Source of the DNA: an uncultured Prochlorococcus sp.
GTDB taxonomy: Bacteria; Cyanobacteriota; Cyanobacteriia; PCC-6307; Cyanobiaceae
Assembly (NCBI RefSeq): GCF_902522795.1
Contig: NZ_CABYWZ010000007.1
Location: 9,644 to 73,643, forward strand
Direction of reading: 5' to 3'
DNA: 64,000 bases
This document shows, one piece after another, positions 30,158-40,364 of this stretch. A program made the translations under genes and the position numbers. How positions within the stretch are numbered: position 1 is the first letter of the stretch; the number at the start of each line of letters is the position of its first letter. Under the pieces are notes generated by a model, which ran no database searches, was not told the DNA's origin, and saw nothing but the letters and a program-made list of their open reading frames with translations.

Positions 30158-30802
30158 TCACTTTTTGATAACTTTATCAATTAAGCCATATTCGACTGCT
30201 TCTGAGGGAGATAAAAAGTAATCTCTTTCTGTATCTTCATTAATTTTTTCTAAAGGTTGACCGGTATGTTCTGCTAAGAGCGAATTTAATGTTTTCTTGA
30301 GAAAAAGTATTTCTTTAGCTTGTATTTCAATCTCTACTGCTTGACCTTGTGCACCTCCCAAAGGTTGATGAATCATAATCCTAGAATTAGGTAAAGCCAA
30401 TCTTTTCCCCTTTGCTCCTCCAGAAAGTAGAAATGCCCCCATACTTGCCGCTACTCCAAAGCATATTGTCACTACATCAGGGGATATTTGTTGCATAGTA
30501 TCGTATATGGCCATTCCTGCAGTTACTGAGCCTCCAGGAGAATTGATATATATTTGTATGTCTTTTTCGGGATCTTCAGCTTCAAGAAATAATAATTGTG
30601 CAACAAGTGAATCAGATACTTGATCATTAATTCCAGTACCTAAAAAAATTATTCTCTCCCTCAATAGTCTTGAATATATATCAAAAGCTCTTTCTCCTCT
30701 ACCTGATTGTTCTATAACGGTAGGGACAGCAGCAATAGTTTTATTATTACTTTCGTAAGAACTTATTGAGCTTTGGATTAAATGTTTTTTTTCTGAGTTC
30801 AC
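30158..30802 (-). CDS. clpP: ATP-dependent Clp protease proteolytic subunit ClpP
   Basis: Catalytic Ser context [11 protein letters not shown] and His in MIHQPLGG. The tig-clpP-clpX order is conserved. Confidence 0.95.
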   Translation of the reverse strand: MNSEKKHLIQSSISSYESNNKTIAAVPTVIEQSGRGERAFDIYSRLLRERIIFLGTGINDQVSDSLVAQLLFLEAEDPEKDIQIYINSPGGSVTAGMAIYDTMQQISPDVVTICFGVAASMGAFLLSGGAKGKRLALPNSRIMIHQPLGGAQGQAVEIEIQAKEILFLKKTLNSLLAEHTGQPLEKINEDTERDYFLSPSEAVEYGLIDKVIKK

Positions 30803-30867
30803 AAATTAGTTTTGGTCTTATAAATAATTTAAGGGGTTTTTGTTTAATTAGTAGGAAATTTCATAAA

Positions 30868-32301
30868 TTATTTTTTTTCTTTTTGATTTTGAGTTTTTGT
30901 AGTTTTTGTATTTTGTGTGGTTTTTGGAGTAGTGTTTGTGGCTTTTTTTGTTTTGGAGGTTTTTGTAGCTTTAGAAGTTTTTGTAGTTTTTTCTTTTACT
31001 TCAGAATTTTCTTCAAGCCAAATTATTAATTTTTCTTTGAGTAAATCATTAGTTATTACTTCTGTTAATTTTTTAATATCTATTTGTTTTGAAGATTGAG
31101 AGATTGCATCTTCATAATCTTTCATTTTTAAATCAATTTCATCTTTCTCAACTTTTATGTTTTCTGTTTCAGCTAATGCTTTTAAAGCTAAATTTCTTTG
31201 AACATTTTTTTCAGCCTGAGGCCTTGTGGACTCTGCTAATGACTTAACTAGTTCCGGAGTGAAAGTAGATTTAACATCAAGACCTTGTTGAGCAAATCTT
31301 TGAGCGGTTTGTTCAATATTATTCCTCACTTCTATATCAATCATAGATTTTGGAATTTCAGCAACCAATTCGTTTGTTAAGGCATCTAGTAAAGCTTCAA
31401 TTTTGATATCTTTTTGAGTTTTTTCAAAATTGTCTTTAAGTTGCTTTTCAATATCTTTCTTTAATTCTTTTAATGATTCTTTGTTGCCAGACTGTTTTGC
31501 AAAATCGTCATTAAGTTCAGGCAATTCTTTTTCCTTAAGATCCTTAAGATTTACTTCAAAGATTGCCTCTTTACCTCTTGAATCCTCATGAGAATAATCT
31601 TTAGGAAATTTAAGATTAAGTGTTTTAGTATCACCAATTTTCATCTTTACAATTCCCTCTACGAAACCGGGAATCATTTTGTTCTTTTCTAACTCAAGAT
31701 CCATTGATTCACTTGTTCCACCATCAATCTCTTTACCAGAGTCTTTATATTTTCCTTTGAAACTAACTACAGCAATATCTCCTAATTTTGCTGCTCTATT
31801 GGTAACTGGAATAATGTTTGCAAACTGATTTCTAGATTTTTCTAGCGCTTCATCTATTGACTTAGGATCAAACTTTGTTTTTGATATCTCAATACTTAGT
31901 CCTTTGGATTTTTTAAGTTTTAATTCTGGTGCAACATCAGTTTGAAGAGTAACCTTAAGTGATTTTTCAGGACTAAATTTTTCCAGTAAAGATTCAAATC
32001 CATCTACCAATTCTGGCTCACTTAGAGGCTCTATAGATTTTATTTTTAACGCTTCTTGCCATGATTTATCAATAATTTTTTCTAGAGCAGAAGCATGTAA
32101 TTGTGTTATGCCAATCCTTTGGATTAAGACTTGTTTGGGAATTTTACCAAGTCTAAATCCCGGAATTTTAGCCGAACGACTGATAGAACTGATTGTTTCA
32201 TTCACATAAGTTTTGCATGTCTCAGATGGTATTTCTAATTCAAATGAGATTCTACTTTGAGGCAGAGGAGTTGTTTTGACTATTAATGCTTCTTTAGCCA
32301 T
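30868..32301 (-). CDS. tig: Trigger factor
   Basis: Ribosome-binding motif GFRLGKIP and an FKBP-type PPIase region (PGFVEGIVKMKIGDTKTL). It carries an extra ~41-aa K/T-rich C-terminal tail. Confidence 0.95.
   Translation of the reverse strand: MAKEALIVKTTPLPQSRISFELEIPSETCKTYVNETISSISRSAKIPGFRLGKIPKQVLIQRIGITQLHASALEKIIDKSWQEALKIKSIEPLSEPELVDGFESLLEKFSPEKSLKVTLQTDVAPELKLKKSKGLSIEISKTKFDPKSIDEALEKSRNQFANIIPVTNRAAKLGDIAVVSFKGKYKDSGKEIDGGTSESMDLELEKNKMIPGFVEGIVKMKIGDTKTLNLKFPKDYSHEDSRGKEAIFEVNLKDLKEKELPELNDDFAKQSGNKESLKELKKDIEKQLKDNFEKTQKDIKIEALLDALTNELVAEIPKSMIDIEVRNNIEQTAQRFAQQGLDVKSTFTPELVKSLAESTRPQAEKNVQRNLALKALAETENIKVEKDEIDLKMKDYEDAISQSSKQIDIKKLTEVITNDLLKEKLIIWLEENSEVKEKTTKTSKATKTSKTKKATNTTPKTTQNTKTTKTQNQKEKK
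30871..30993 (-). repeat. Imperfect short tandem repeats (GTTTTTGTAG-like on + strand) encoding the K/T-rich tail of trigger factor
   Basis: The + strand shows recurring TTTTTGTAG / TTTTTGGAG / TTTTGTGTGG units. These translate on the minus strand to EKTTKTSKATKTSKTKKATNTTPKTTQNTKTTKTQNQKEKK. Confidence 0.7.
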
Positions 32302-32422
32302 TTTTTTATTTATTACTAAAAGCCGAAACTTAATTATTTCACATTATGTGATTTCCTTGAAAGTTATTTTTTTGATAAAGTAAAAAAAATAGTCAATCTA
32401 TTTATAAAAATCATTTTAAAGT

Positions 32423-33454
32423 GTGAGACAATCTCCGTTTTTGCCTAATAGGCCATTAAAAGTTGCTGTTTTAGGATCTTCAGGTGCTGTGGGATCTGAA
32501 TTACTCAAAATTCTTGAACAACGTGATTTCCCAATATCAGAATTAATCTTGCTTTCATCAGAGCGTTCAGAAGGAAAAAAAATTATTTGGAAAGGTGAAG
32601 AATTAGTTACAAAAAAAACAACTAAGGGAGAATTTCTGAATCTTGATTTAGTTTTAGCTTCAGCAGGTGGAAGTATTTCAAAAAAATGGTTATCTACCAT
32701 TATGGAACAAAACGCTTTATTGATAGATAATTCAAGTGCTTTCAGATTAGATAAAAATGTACCTCTAATAGTTCCTGAAGTTAATGGTAGTGATGTAATT
32801 AATCATGATGGGGTAATAGCGAATCCAAACTGCACTACCATTTTGCTGACATTAGTTTTAGCTCCGTTAAATAAACTTTCGACTATTCAAAGAGTTGTTG
32901 TCTCAACATATCAATCCGTAAGTGGTGCAGGCCAATTGGCGATGGAGGAACTAAAACTTTTAACTGAAAAATATCTTCGGGGTAATCCTCAAAAAAGTGA
33001 AGTTTTGCCATACTCACTGGCTTTTAATTTGTTTTTGCATAATTCACCCATGCTTGCAAATAATTACTGCGAAGAAGAGATGAAAATGGTTCATGAGACT
33101 AGGAAAATATTAAATATTGCTGATTTAAAGCTCTCTGCTACATGTGTTCGAGTCCCAGTACTGAGAGCACATTCTGAATCGATCAATATTGAATTTGCTG
33201 GTGTAGTTGAGCCTAAAGATGCTCTTGAAGAATTAAAAAAATCTCCTGGAATTGAAATTATTGAGGATTATAAAAATAATAGATTTCCTATGCCAAATGA
33301 CGTTATGGGAAGGGATAAAGTTGCTGTTGGCAGGCTAAGAACTGATATAAGTCAGCCTAATGGATTAGAATTATGGTTATGTGGAGATCAAATAAGAAAA
33401 GGAGCAGCTCTTAATGCTGTTCAAATAGCAGAGTTATTAATTCCAAAAAAATGA
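32423..33454 (+). CDS. asd: Aspartate-semialdehyde dehydrogenase
   Basis: [13 protein letters not shown] Rossmann motif and the active-site NPNCTT. The GTG start at 32423 is uncertain; a TTG at 32441 is possible. Confidence 0.95.
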   Translation: MRQSPFLPNRPLKVAVLGSSGAVGSELLKILEQRDFPISELILLSSERSEGKKIIWKGEELVTKKTTKGEFLNLDLVLASAGGSISKKWLSTIMEQNALLIDNSSAFRLDKNVPLIVPEVNGSDVINHDGVIANPNCTTILLTLVLAPLNKLSTIQRVVVSTYQSVSGAGQLAMEELKLLTEKYLRGNPQKSEVLPYSLAFNLFLHNSPMLANNYCEEEMKMVHETRKILNIADLKLSATCVRVPVLRAHSESINIEFAGVVEPKDALEELKKSPGIEIIEDYKNNRFPMPNDVMGRDKVAVGRLRTDISQPNGLELWLCGDQIRKGAALNAVQIAELLIPKK

Positions 33455-34353
33455 TTAAAGACAAAACTGAGTGTAATAATCCACTATTTGGAAGAATATT
33501 GACTGCAATGGTTACTCCATTCACTGAAAATGGAGATGTAGATTATGAACTAGCTATAAAATTATCAAATTATCTTTTTGAGAATGGTTCCGATGGAATT
33601 GTGCTATGTGGTACTACTGGAGAATCTCCTACTCTTTCATGGGCGGAACAGCATGATTTATTTATGGCTGTAAAAGGATCTTTGGATACAACCTGTAAAG
33701 TAATAGTTGGCACTGGTAGTAACTGTACAAGTGAGGCTGTGGAAGCTACAAAAAAAGCCTACGAATCTGGAGCCGATGGTGCTTTGGTCGTTGTGCCTTA
33801 TTACAACAAGCCACCTCAAGAAGGTCTTTATAAACATTTCAGTTCAATTGCTAATTCTGCAAAGGATTTGCCTCTTATGCTCTATAACATTCCTGGAAGG
33901 ACAGGATGCAATTTATTACCTGATACTGTGAAGAAACTTATGGATTTCTCAAATATTCTCAGTATTAAAGCTGCAAGCGGTAGAATAGAGGAAGTAACAG
34001 AATTAAGAGCTATTTGTGGCTCTGAACTCTCTGTATATAGTGGCGACGATTCATTGTTGCTTCCAATGTTATCTGTAGGTGCTGTAGGAGTAGTAAGCGT
34101 TGCAAGTCACTTGGTTGGATTGCAATTGAAAGAGATGATTCATTCCTTTCAAGGTGGAAAGGTTTCCAATGCGCTTGCTATTCATGAAAAACTTCAACCT
34201 CTTTTTAAAGCACTTTTTATGACTACAAATCCAATCCCAATTAAGGCTGCTTTGGAGCTTTCGGGATGGCATGTAGGCAATCCTAGAAGTCCTTTGTCAC
34301 CATTAACCAATGACATGAAAACGCAACTATCTTTTATCCTGAAATCTCTATAA
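33451..34353 (+). CDS. dapA: 4-hydroxy-tetrahydrodipicolinate synthase
   Basis: DapA motifs [10 protein letters not shown] and YNIPGRTG. There is a 4-nt ATGA overlap with asd. Confidence 0.95.
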   Translation: MIKDKTECNNPLFGRILTAMVTPFTENGDVDYELAIKLSNYLFENGSDGIVLCGTTGESPTLSWAEQHDLFMAVKGSLDTTCKVIVGTGSNCTSEAVEATKKAYESGADGALVVVPYYNKPPQEGLYKHFSSIANSAKDLPLMLYNIPGRTGCNLLPDTVKKLMDFSNILSIKAASGRIEEVTELRAICGSELSVYSGDDSLLLPMLSVGAVGVVSVASHLVGLQLKEMIHSFQGGKVSNALAIHEKLQPLFKALFMTTNPIPIKAALELSGWHVGNPRSPLSPLTNDMKTQLSFILKSL

Positions 34354-34433
34354 TAGGGATTATATTTAACTTGATAATTAAATTTAAATAAACCTTATTT
34401 GATTACAAGCAGGCCTTCATAAATTTCAAAATT

Positions 34434-36419
34434 ATGCAATCAAGTACAAATTCAACTATAAATAGATCTACTCATGATTCATCTAGATCTAAAAGTAATA
34501 CGCCAGCTCTACGAGTAATACCTCTTGGCGGACTACATGAAATAGGAAAAAACACTTGTGTTTTTGAATATGGTGATGAATTAATGCTTGTTGATGCTGG
34601 TCTAGCATTCCCATCTGATGGTATGCATGGCGTGAACGTTGTAATGCCTGATACAACTTTTTTAAAAGAAAATCAAAGAAGAATAAAAGGAATGATTGTC
34701 ACTCACGGGCATGAAGATCATATTGGAGGTATTTCTCATCATCTAAAGCATTTTAATATTCCGATTATTTATGGCCCAAGACTGGCAATGTCAATGCTTA
34801 GAGGAAAAATGGAGGAAGCAGGGGTATCTGATAGAACAACTATACAGACAGTAAATCCAAGAGATGTTGTAAAAGTAGGACAACATTTTTCTGTTGAATT
34901 TATTCGAAATACCCATTCTATTTGCGATAGCTTTTCTTTAGCAGTTACAACACCTGTTGGCACAATTATTTTCACGGGAGATTTTAAGTTTGATCATATG
35001 CCAGTCGATGGAGAGCAATTTGATATTGAAAGAATGGTGCATTACGGAGAGAAGGGTGTTTTATGCATGTTCAGTGATTCGACTAATGCCGAAGTTCCAG
35101 GTTTTTGTCCTTCTGAGAAGACTATCTATCCCTCTTTAGAAAAACATATTGCAGAGGCAAAAGAACGAGTTATCCTTACCACTTTTGCTAGTTCTGTTCA
35201 TAGAGTGACAATGATCTTAGAATTGGCCATGAAACATGGAAGAAAGGTCGGTTTGTTAGGTAGATCAATGATAAATGTAATTGCTAAAGCGAGAGATATT
35301 GGTTATATGAAATGCCCAGATGATTTGTTTGTTCCTATCAAGCAAATTAGAGATTTGCCAGATAGGGAGACCTTATTATTAATGACGGGAAGTCAAGGAG
35401 AACCCCTAGCAGCGTTAAGCAGAATCTCTCGAGGTGAACATCAGCATGTTCGTCTTAAGACTACAGACACTGTAATATTTTCAGCCAGCCCAATTCCTGG
35501 TAATACTATTTCTGTTGTTAATACAATAGATAGATTAATGAAACTCGGAGCAAAGGTTGTTTATGGAAAGGGTGAGAATATTCATGTCTCTGGTCATGGT
35601 TTTCAAGAAGATCAAAAGTTAATGTTGGCACTCGCAAAACCCAAGTTTTTTGTTCCTGTTCATGGAGAACATAGAATGCTTGTTTGTCATGGCAAGAGTG
35701 CACAAACTATGGGGGTTCCAAAGGATAATATTTTAATTATTGAAAATGGAGATGTAGTTGAATTAACACCTAATTCTATTCAAAAGGGTGATCCTGTAAA
35801 AGCTGGTGTTGAATTGCTTGATAACTCACGAAACGGGATAGTAGATGCTCGAGTATTAAAAGAAAGGCAACAATTAGCTGGGGATGGTGTAGTAACCGTT
35901 TTAGCTCCTATTAGTACAGATGGGAAGATGGTTGCGCCTCCCAGAGTTAATTTAAGAGGAGTTGTTACTACTGCAGAGCCAAGAAAAATGTCTATGTGGA
36001 CGGAACGAGAAATAAGCTGGGTCCTAGAAAATAGATGGAAACAATTATCCAGACAAACTGGGCCGAATAATTTTGAGGTAGATTGGATTGGTGTACAAAG
36101 AGAAATTGAAAATGGTTTATCGAGAAGAATGAGAAGAGAATTACAAGTTGAACCACTTATTTTGTGTTTAGTTCAACCTGCTCCAAGTGGAACTCGTGCT
36201 TATATTCCAAAAATTACCGAAGAGCAAAATTTCTCCAATAGAAATAGAAATAATAATAATTTCCATAAGAAATCAAACAATAATCATCCTAATAATTTAA
36301 ATAACCCACAAAATACCCAAAAAAGTCCAAAAGTTTCACAGAATCCATCAGCTGATACTACTAAAGAAGATTCATTTGAAGGTAGAACAAGAAGAAGAAG
36401 ATCTGTTGTAACATCTTAA
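34434..36419 (+). CDS. rnj: Ribonuclease J (metallo-beta-lactamase/beta-CASP)
   Basis: HGHEDHIGG motif with beta-CASP and RNase J C-terminal domains, plus a ~70-aa N-rich extension ending in GRTRRRRSVVTS. Confidence 0.93.
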   Translation: MQSSTNSTINRSTHDSSRSKSNTPALRVIPLGGLHEIGKNTCVFEYGDELMLVDAGLAFPSDGMHGVNVVMPDTTFLKENQRRIKGMIVTHGHEDHIGGISHHLKHFNIPIIYGPRLAMSMLRGKMEEAGVSDRTTIQTVNPRDVVKVGQHFSVEFIRNTHSICDSFSLAVTTPVGTIIFTGDFKFDHMPVDGEQFDIERMVHYGEKGVLCMFSDSTNAEVPGFCPSEKTIYPSLEKHIAEAKERVILTTFASSVHRVTMILELAMKHGRKVGLLGRSMINVIAKARDIGYMKCPDDLFVPIKQIRDLPDRETLLLMTGSQGEPLAALSRISRGEHQHVRLKTTDTVIFSASPIPGNTISVVNTIDRLMKLGAKVVYGKGENIHVSGHGFQEDQKLMLALAKPKFFVPVHGEHRMLVCHGKSAQTMGVPKDNILIIENGDVVELTPNSIQKGDPVKAGVELLDNSRNGIVDARVLKERQQLAGDGVVTVLAPISTDGKMVAPPRVNLRGVVTTAEPRKMSMWTEREISWVLENRWKQLSRQTGPNNFEVDWIGVQREIENGLSRRMRRELQVEPLILCLVQPAPSGTRAYIPKITEEQNFSNRNRNNNNFHKKSNNNHPNNLNNPQNTQKSPKVSQNPSADTTKEDSFEGRTRRRRSVVTS

Positions 36420-37426
36420 CTTTTTTCAAAATTTATATAGTTTTTATCCCAAACAATTTTTAAAAACTCTTGCAGATTAATTTGACCTTGATTTTTTTCA
36501 TAAATTGAAGTTGCTAATTTTGTCAGATTTTTAGAACTACATTGTTTTGCAGATATTTCTTTTAAAAATCTATTTAAGATTGTGCACCTCGCTTCAATAC
36601 ACATACTATTTAGGAGATTCCTATCGATACCTTTTACATCTTTACAATATAAATATGCTAGTTCACTAAGATCATTACGTTCATTATTGTATTTGCTCAT
36701 TTTTTGGGAAAAATTATTTATCCTTTCAGAACAACCAGGATAGATGACTTCTAAGGTAGGAATAATTTTTTTTCTTACTAAATTTCTTTTTAATTTAAGA
36801 TCTGAATTTGTAGGATCTTCCCAAACTGGGATCTTCATATCATTGCAAAATTGTTTTGTATCTGCCCTACTGAAAATTAATATTGGTCTTATTAAAAAAA
36901 TTTGATTTTCTATTAATCTTTTACTCTCAATATTACTCAGACCTGCAAAATTGCTTCCTCTAGATAAATTGAGGATAAATGTTTCTGCATTATCACTACT
37001 CGTGTGACCAGTTAATAAATAAATATTATTTTTTTGCTGGTTTGTATTTAATAAAGTTTTGGCTCTTTCACATAATTTTTTATATCTCCATTCTCGTGCT
37101 TTTTCTTCTGAAGAAATACTTTCTTTATTTGCTTGATCAAAAGAGAATGAAATATTTTTATCTTCGCAATAATTTTTTAATTCAAGAGCATATAGTGATG
37201 ATTTTTCGTGCCACTGATGATCACCATGCCAAACACTAATAGACCAATTATGTAGTTTTTTTAGGTCATTAATTAGGGTCAATAAGGCCATTGAATCTTG
37301 CCCCCCGGAAACACTTATTAAAATATTGGATCCTTTGGGAATTAATATTTTTTTGCTAAGAATCTCCTTATGAAGCTGATGATGCCATGATGACCAATTT
37401 TTCTGAGTTAATTTTTTATCAGTCAT
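36416..37426 (-). CDS. tilS: tRNA(Ile)-lysidine synthase
   Basis: PP-loop motif SGGQDS. The 336-aa ORF overlaps the rnj 3' end by 4 nt (convergent). Confidence 0.9.
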   Translation of the reverse strand: MTDKKLTQKNWSSWHHQLHKEILSKKILIPKGSNILISVSGGQDSMALLTLINDLKKLHNWSISVWHGDHQWHEKSSLYALELKNYCEDKNISFSFDQANKESISSEEKAREWRYKKLCERAKTLLNTNQQKNNIYLLTGHTSSDNAETFILNLSRGSNFAGLSNIESKRLIENQIFLIRPILIFSRADTKQFCNDMKIPVWEDPTNSDLKLKRNLVRKKIIPTLEVIYPGCSERINNFSQKMSKYNNERNDLSELAYLYCKDVKGIDRNLLNSMCIEARCTILNRFLKEISAKQCSSKNLTKLATSIYEKNQGQINLQEFLKIVWDKNYINFEKS

Positions 37427-37511
37427 TTTGTGTAGCTCAGATAATATTCTTTAAAAAATGCACTGTTTTACTAAAACAATGTCACAATCGGGTAATAAAT
37501 TCATTAAGTAA

Positions 37512-38288
37512 ATGAGTCTGATTAATCTTTTGCCACAAAAAATCAAAGAAGAGTTAAGAAGCAAAACCTTACTCAAAGTTATTTCAGGATTGAATAATTT
37601 CGATGTTCAATCTGTGAAAATAATTGTTGAGGCTGCTTCATTAGGAGGCGCAGATCTTGTCGATATTGCTTGTAAACCTGAACTAGTTGATTTAGCACTT
37701 AAGAATTCAAAACTACCTGTTTGTGTTAGTTCAGTAGTGCCTCAATCTTTTCAAGATTCTGTAAAAGCAGGAGCATCATTAATTGAAATAGGAAATTACG
37801 ATACTTTTTATGAAAAAGGCATTAATTTTTCAGATAAAAAAGTTTTAAACATTACAAAAGAGACGAGGGATTTATTGCCTAATGTTCCTTTATCAGTAAC
37901 TGTTCCTCATACTATGCCTATTGATAAACAAGTTGATCTTGCGATAAAGCTAGTGGAGGAAGGTGTTGATATTATTCAAACAGAAGGTGGCACCAGTTCT
38001 ACTCCTTACTCTTCAGGAATTCAAGGCTTTTTTGAAAAATCAGTACCAACTCTTGCTGCTACCTATGCTATTCATAAAGAATTTATGAAACAATCTCTTA
38101 ATATACCAATCATGAGTGCCTCTGGATTAAGCCAAGTAACTTGTCCACTAGCAATATCCTCTGGTGCCTCAGCAGTTGGCGTTGGATCTGTAGTCAATAA
38201 ATTAGATGATTTAATATCGATGATTGCGGTTGTTAGGGGCTTAAAAGAATCTTTGAAAAATTCAATAATTAGAGAAAAAATTTCTTAG
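37512..38288 (+). CDS. DUF561 / Ycf23-like TIM-barrel protein
   Basis: 258-aa ORF resembling cyanobacterial/plastid Ycf23 (VISGLNNF...GADLVDIA...GASAVGVGS). The family call is by resemblance. Confidence 0.6.
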   Translation: MSLINLLPQKIKEELRSKTLLKVISGLNNFDVQSVKIIVEAASLGGADLVDIACKPELVDLALKNSKLPVCVSSVVPQSFQDSVKAGASLIEIGNYDTFYEKGINFSDKKVLNITKETRDLLPNVPLSVTVPHTMPIDKQVDLAIKLVEEGVDIIQTEGGTSSTPYSSGIQGFFEKSVPTLAATYAIHKEFMKQSLNIPIMSASGLSQVTCPLAISSGASAVGVGSVVNKLDDLISMIAVVRGLKESLKNSIIREKIS

Positions 38289-38317
38289 TATAGCAATACC
38301 CTTTTGCTATTAGGTTG

Positions 38318-40357
38318 ATGAACAACTATAAGCTTCAAGCTCCTTACGAACCAAATGGAGATCAACCAGAAGCTATTAAAAAATTAGTTAAAGGCGTCAA
38401 TACTGGTAAAGAGTTTCAGACTCTTTTAGGGGCTACTGGAACTGGTAAAACATTTACTATTGCGAATGTAATTCAACAAACAGGAAGACCAGCACTTGTA
38501 TTAGCCCATAACAAAACGTTAGCTGCACAACTATGTAATGAATTAAGGGAATTTTTTCCAAAAAATGCTGTTGAGTACTTTATTTCTTACTACGATTATT
38601 ATCAACCTGAAGCTTATGTACCCGTAAGTGATACTTATATAGCCAAAACAGCTTCAATTAATGAAGAAATAGATATGCTTAGGCATTCTGCAACACGCTC
38701 GTTATTTGAAAGAAAAGATGTAATTGTTGTAGCCTCAATAAGTTGTATTTATGGTCTTGGTATACCGAGTGAGTATTTAAAAGCTGCAGTTAAATTTGAA
38801 GTGGGAAAATCAATAAATCTACGTTCTTCTTTGAGGTCTCTCGTTGAAAATCAATATACTAGAAATGATATTGAAATTACTAGAGGTAGATTCAGAATTA
38901 AAGGTGATGTTTTAGAAATCGGTCCAGCTTATGAGGATAGATTAATTAGAATTGAATTATTTGGTGATGAAGTCGAAGCTATTAGGTATGTTGACCCTAC
39001 TACAGGAGAAATACTTGAAAGTTTAGAACAAGTTAGCGTTTACCCAGCGAAGCATTTTGTGACCCCAAAAGAAAGACTTGAGAGTGCAATAAGTGCAATT
39101 AGAAGTGAATTAAAAACTCAATTAGATAAATTTACATACGAAGGAAAATTATTAGAGGCTCAACGTCTAGAACAACGCACAAAATATGATTTAGAAATGC
39201 TCAAAGAGGTTGGTTATTGTAATGGAGTTGAGAATTATGCTCGTCATTTATCAGGCAGGCAGGAAGGTTCACCGCCAGAATGCTTAATAGATTACTTTCC
39301 CAAAGATTGGTTGTTGGTAGTTGATGAGAGCCATGTAACATGTCCTCAACTTCATGCGATGTACAATGGTGATCAATCTAGAAAAAAAGTTTTAATAGAT
39401 CATGGTTTTAGATTGCCCAGTGCTGCAGATAATAGACCTTTAAAATGTGAAGAGTTTTGGGAAAAATCAAAACAGACATTATTTATAAGTGCAACTCCGG
39501 GTCAATGGGAATTAGATCAATGTAATGGTGAATTTATTGAGCAAGTTATAAGACCAACTGGGGTATTAGATCCTGTAATTGATGTAAGACCTAGTGAGGG
39601 CCAAATAGAAGATCTGTTATCTGAAATAAGAATTAGAGCTGAAAAGAATCAACGAGTGCTAGTGACAACACTTACTAAGAGAATGGCTGAAGATCTAACT
39701 GATTTTTTATCTGAAAATAAAGTAAGAGTTAGATATTTGCATTCCGAAATCCATTCAATTGAAAGAATTGAAATTATTCAAGACCTCAGAATCGGCGAAT
39801 ATGATGTTTTGGTAGGAGTTAATTTATTAAGAGAGGGACTAGATCTTCCTGAAGTATCCTTAGTTGCCATTTTAGATGCTGATAAAGAAGGTTTTCTAAG
39901 GGCTGAAAGGTCATTGATTCAAACAATAGGAAGAGCTGCAAGACATGTTGAAGGTGTTGCCTTGCTTTATGCAGATAACTTCACAGATTCAATGAAAAGA
40001 GCAATATCTGAAACTGAAAGAAGAAGAACTATTCAAAAAAAATATAACCAAGTCAATGGTATTACTCCAAAACCTGCAGGCAAAAAAATAGAAAATTCAA
40101 TATTATCTTTTCTAGAACTTTCCAGAAAACTAGATGCTGGTGGTTTATCTAAAGATTTAATAAATATAGTCAATAACAAAACTGACGCAATTCTCAGTTC
40201 CAGTGATAATCAATGTTTGTTCGAAGAATTACCTGACTTAATAGAAAAGTTAGAAATTAAAATGAAAGATGCTGCAAAAGAGTTAAATTTTGAAGAAGCA
40301 GCAAATTTGAGGGATAGAATCAAAAAATTAAGACAAAAATTGGCAAGAAATAATTAA
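38318..40357 (+). CDS. uvrB: Excinuclease ABC subunit B
   Basis: Walker A GATGTGKT, helicase motifs and the C-terminal UVR domain ([17 protein letters not shown]). The ATG at 38318 is preferred over the TTG at 38315. Confidence 0.97.
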   Translation: MNNYKLQAPYEPNGDQPEAIKKLVKGVNTGKEFQTLLGATGTGKTFTIANVIQQTGRPALVLAHNKTLAAQLCNELREFFPKNAVEYFISYYDYYQPEAYVPVSDTYIAKTASINEEIDMLRHSATRSLFERKDVIVVASISCIYGLGIPSEYLKAAVKFEVGKSINLRSSLRSLVENQYTRNDIEITRGRFRIKGDVLEIGPAYEDRLIRIELFGDEVEAIRYVDPTTGEILESLEQVSVYPAKHFVTPKERLESAISAIRSELKTQLDKFTYEGKLLEAQRLEQRTKYDLEMLKEVGYCNGVENYARHLSGRQEGSPPECLIDYFPKDWLLVVDESHVTCPQLHAMYNGDQSRKKVLIDHGFRLPSAADNRPLKCEEFWEKSKQTLFISATPGQWELDQCNGEFIEQVIRPTGVLDPVIDVRPSEGQIEDLLSEIRIRAEKNQRVLVTTLTKRMAEDLTDFLSENKVRVRYLHSEIHSIERIEIIQDLRIGEYDVLVGVNLLREGLDLPEVSLVAILDADKEGFLRAERSLIQTIGRAARHVEGVALLYADNFTDSMKRAISETERRRTIQKKYNQVNGITPKPAGKKIENSILSFLELSRKLDAGGLSKDLINIVNNKTDAILSSSDNQCLFEELPDLIEKLEIKMKDAAKELNFEEAANLRDRIKKLRQKLARNN

Positions 40358-40364
40358 AAAGAAC

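Noticed and set aside
30766-31099. Plus-strand ORFs (87 aa and 60 aa) across the clpP-tig junction.
   Set aside because: They are the complement of the repeat-encoded K/T tail of tig, giving F/C/G-rich nonsense. They are shadow ORFs.
32339-32351. The palindrome TCACA-TTA-TGTGA in the tig/asd divergent spacer (reverse arrangement of CRP-family half-sites).
   Set aside because: The arms are only 5 bp with non-canonical spacing. Dozens of such palindromes are expected by chance in 64 kb.
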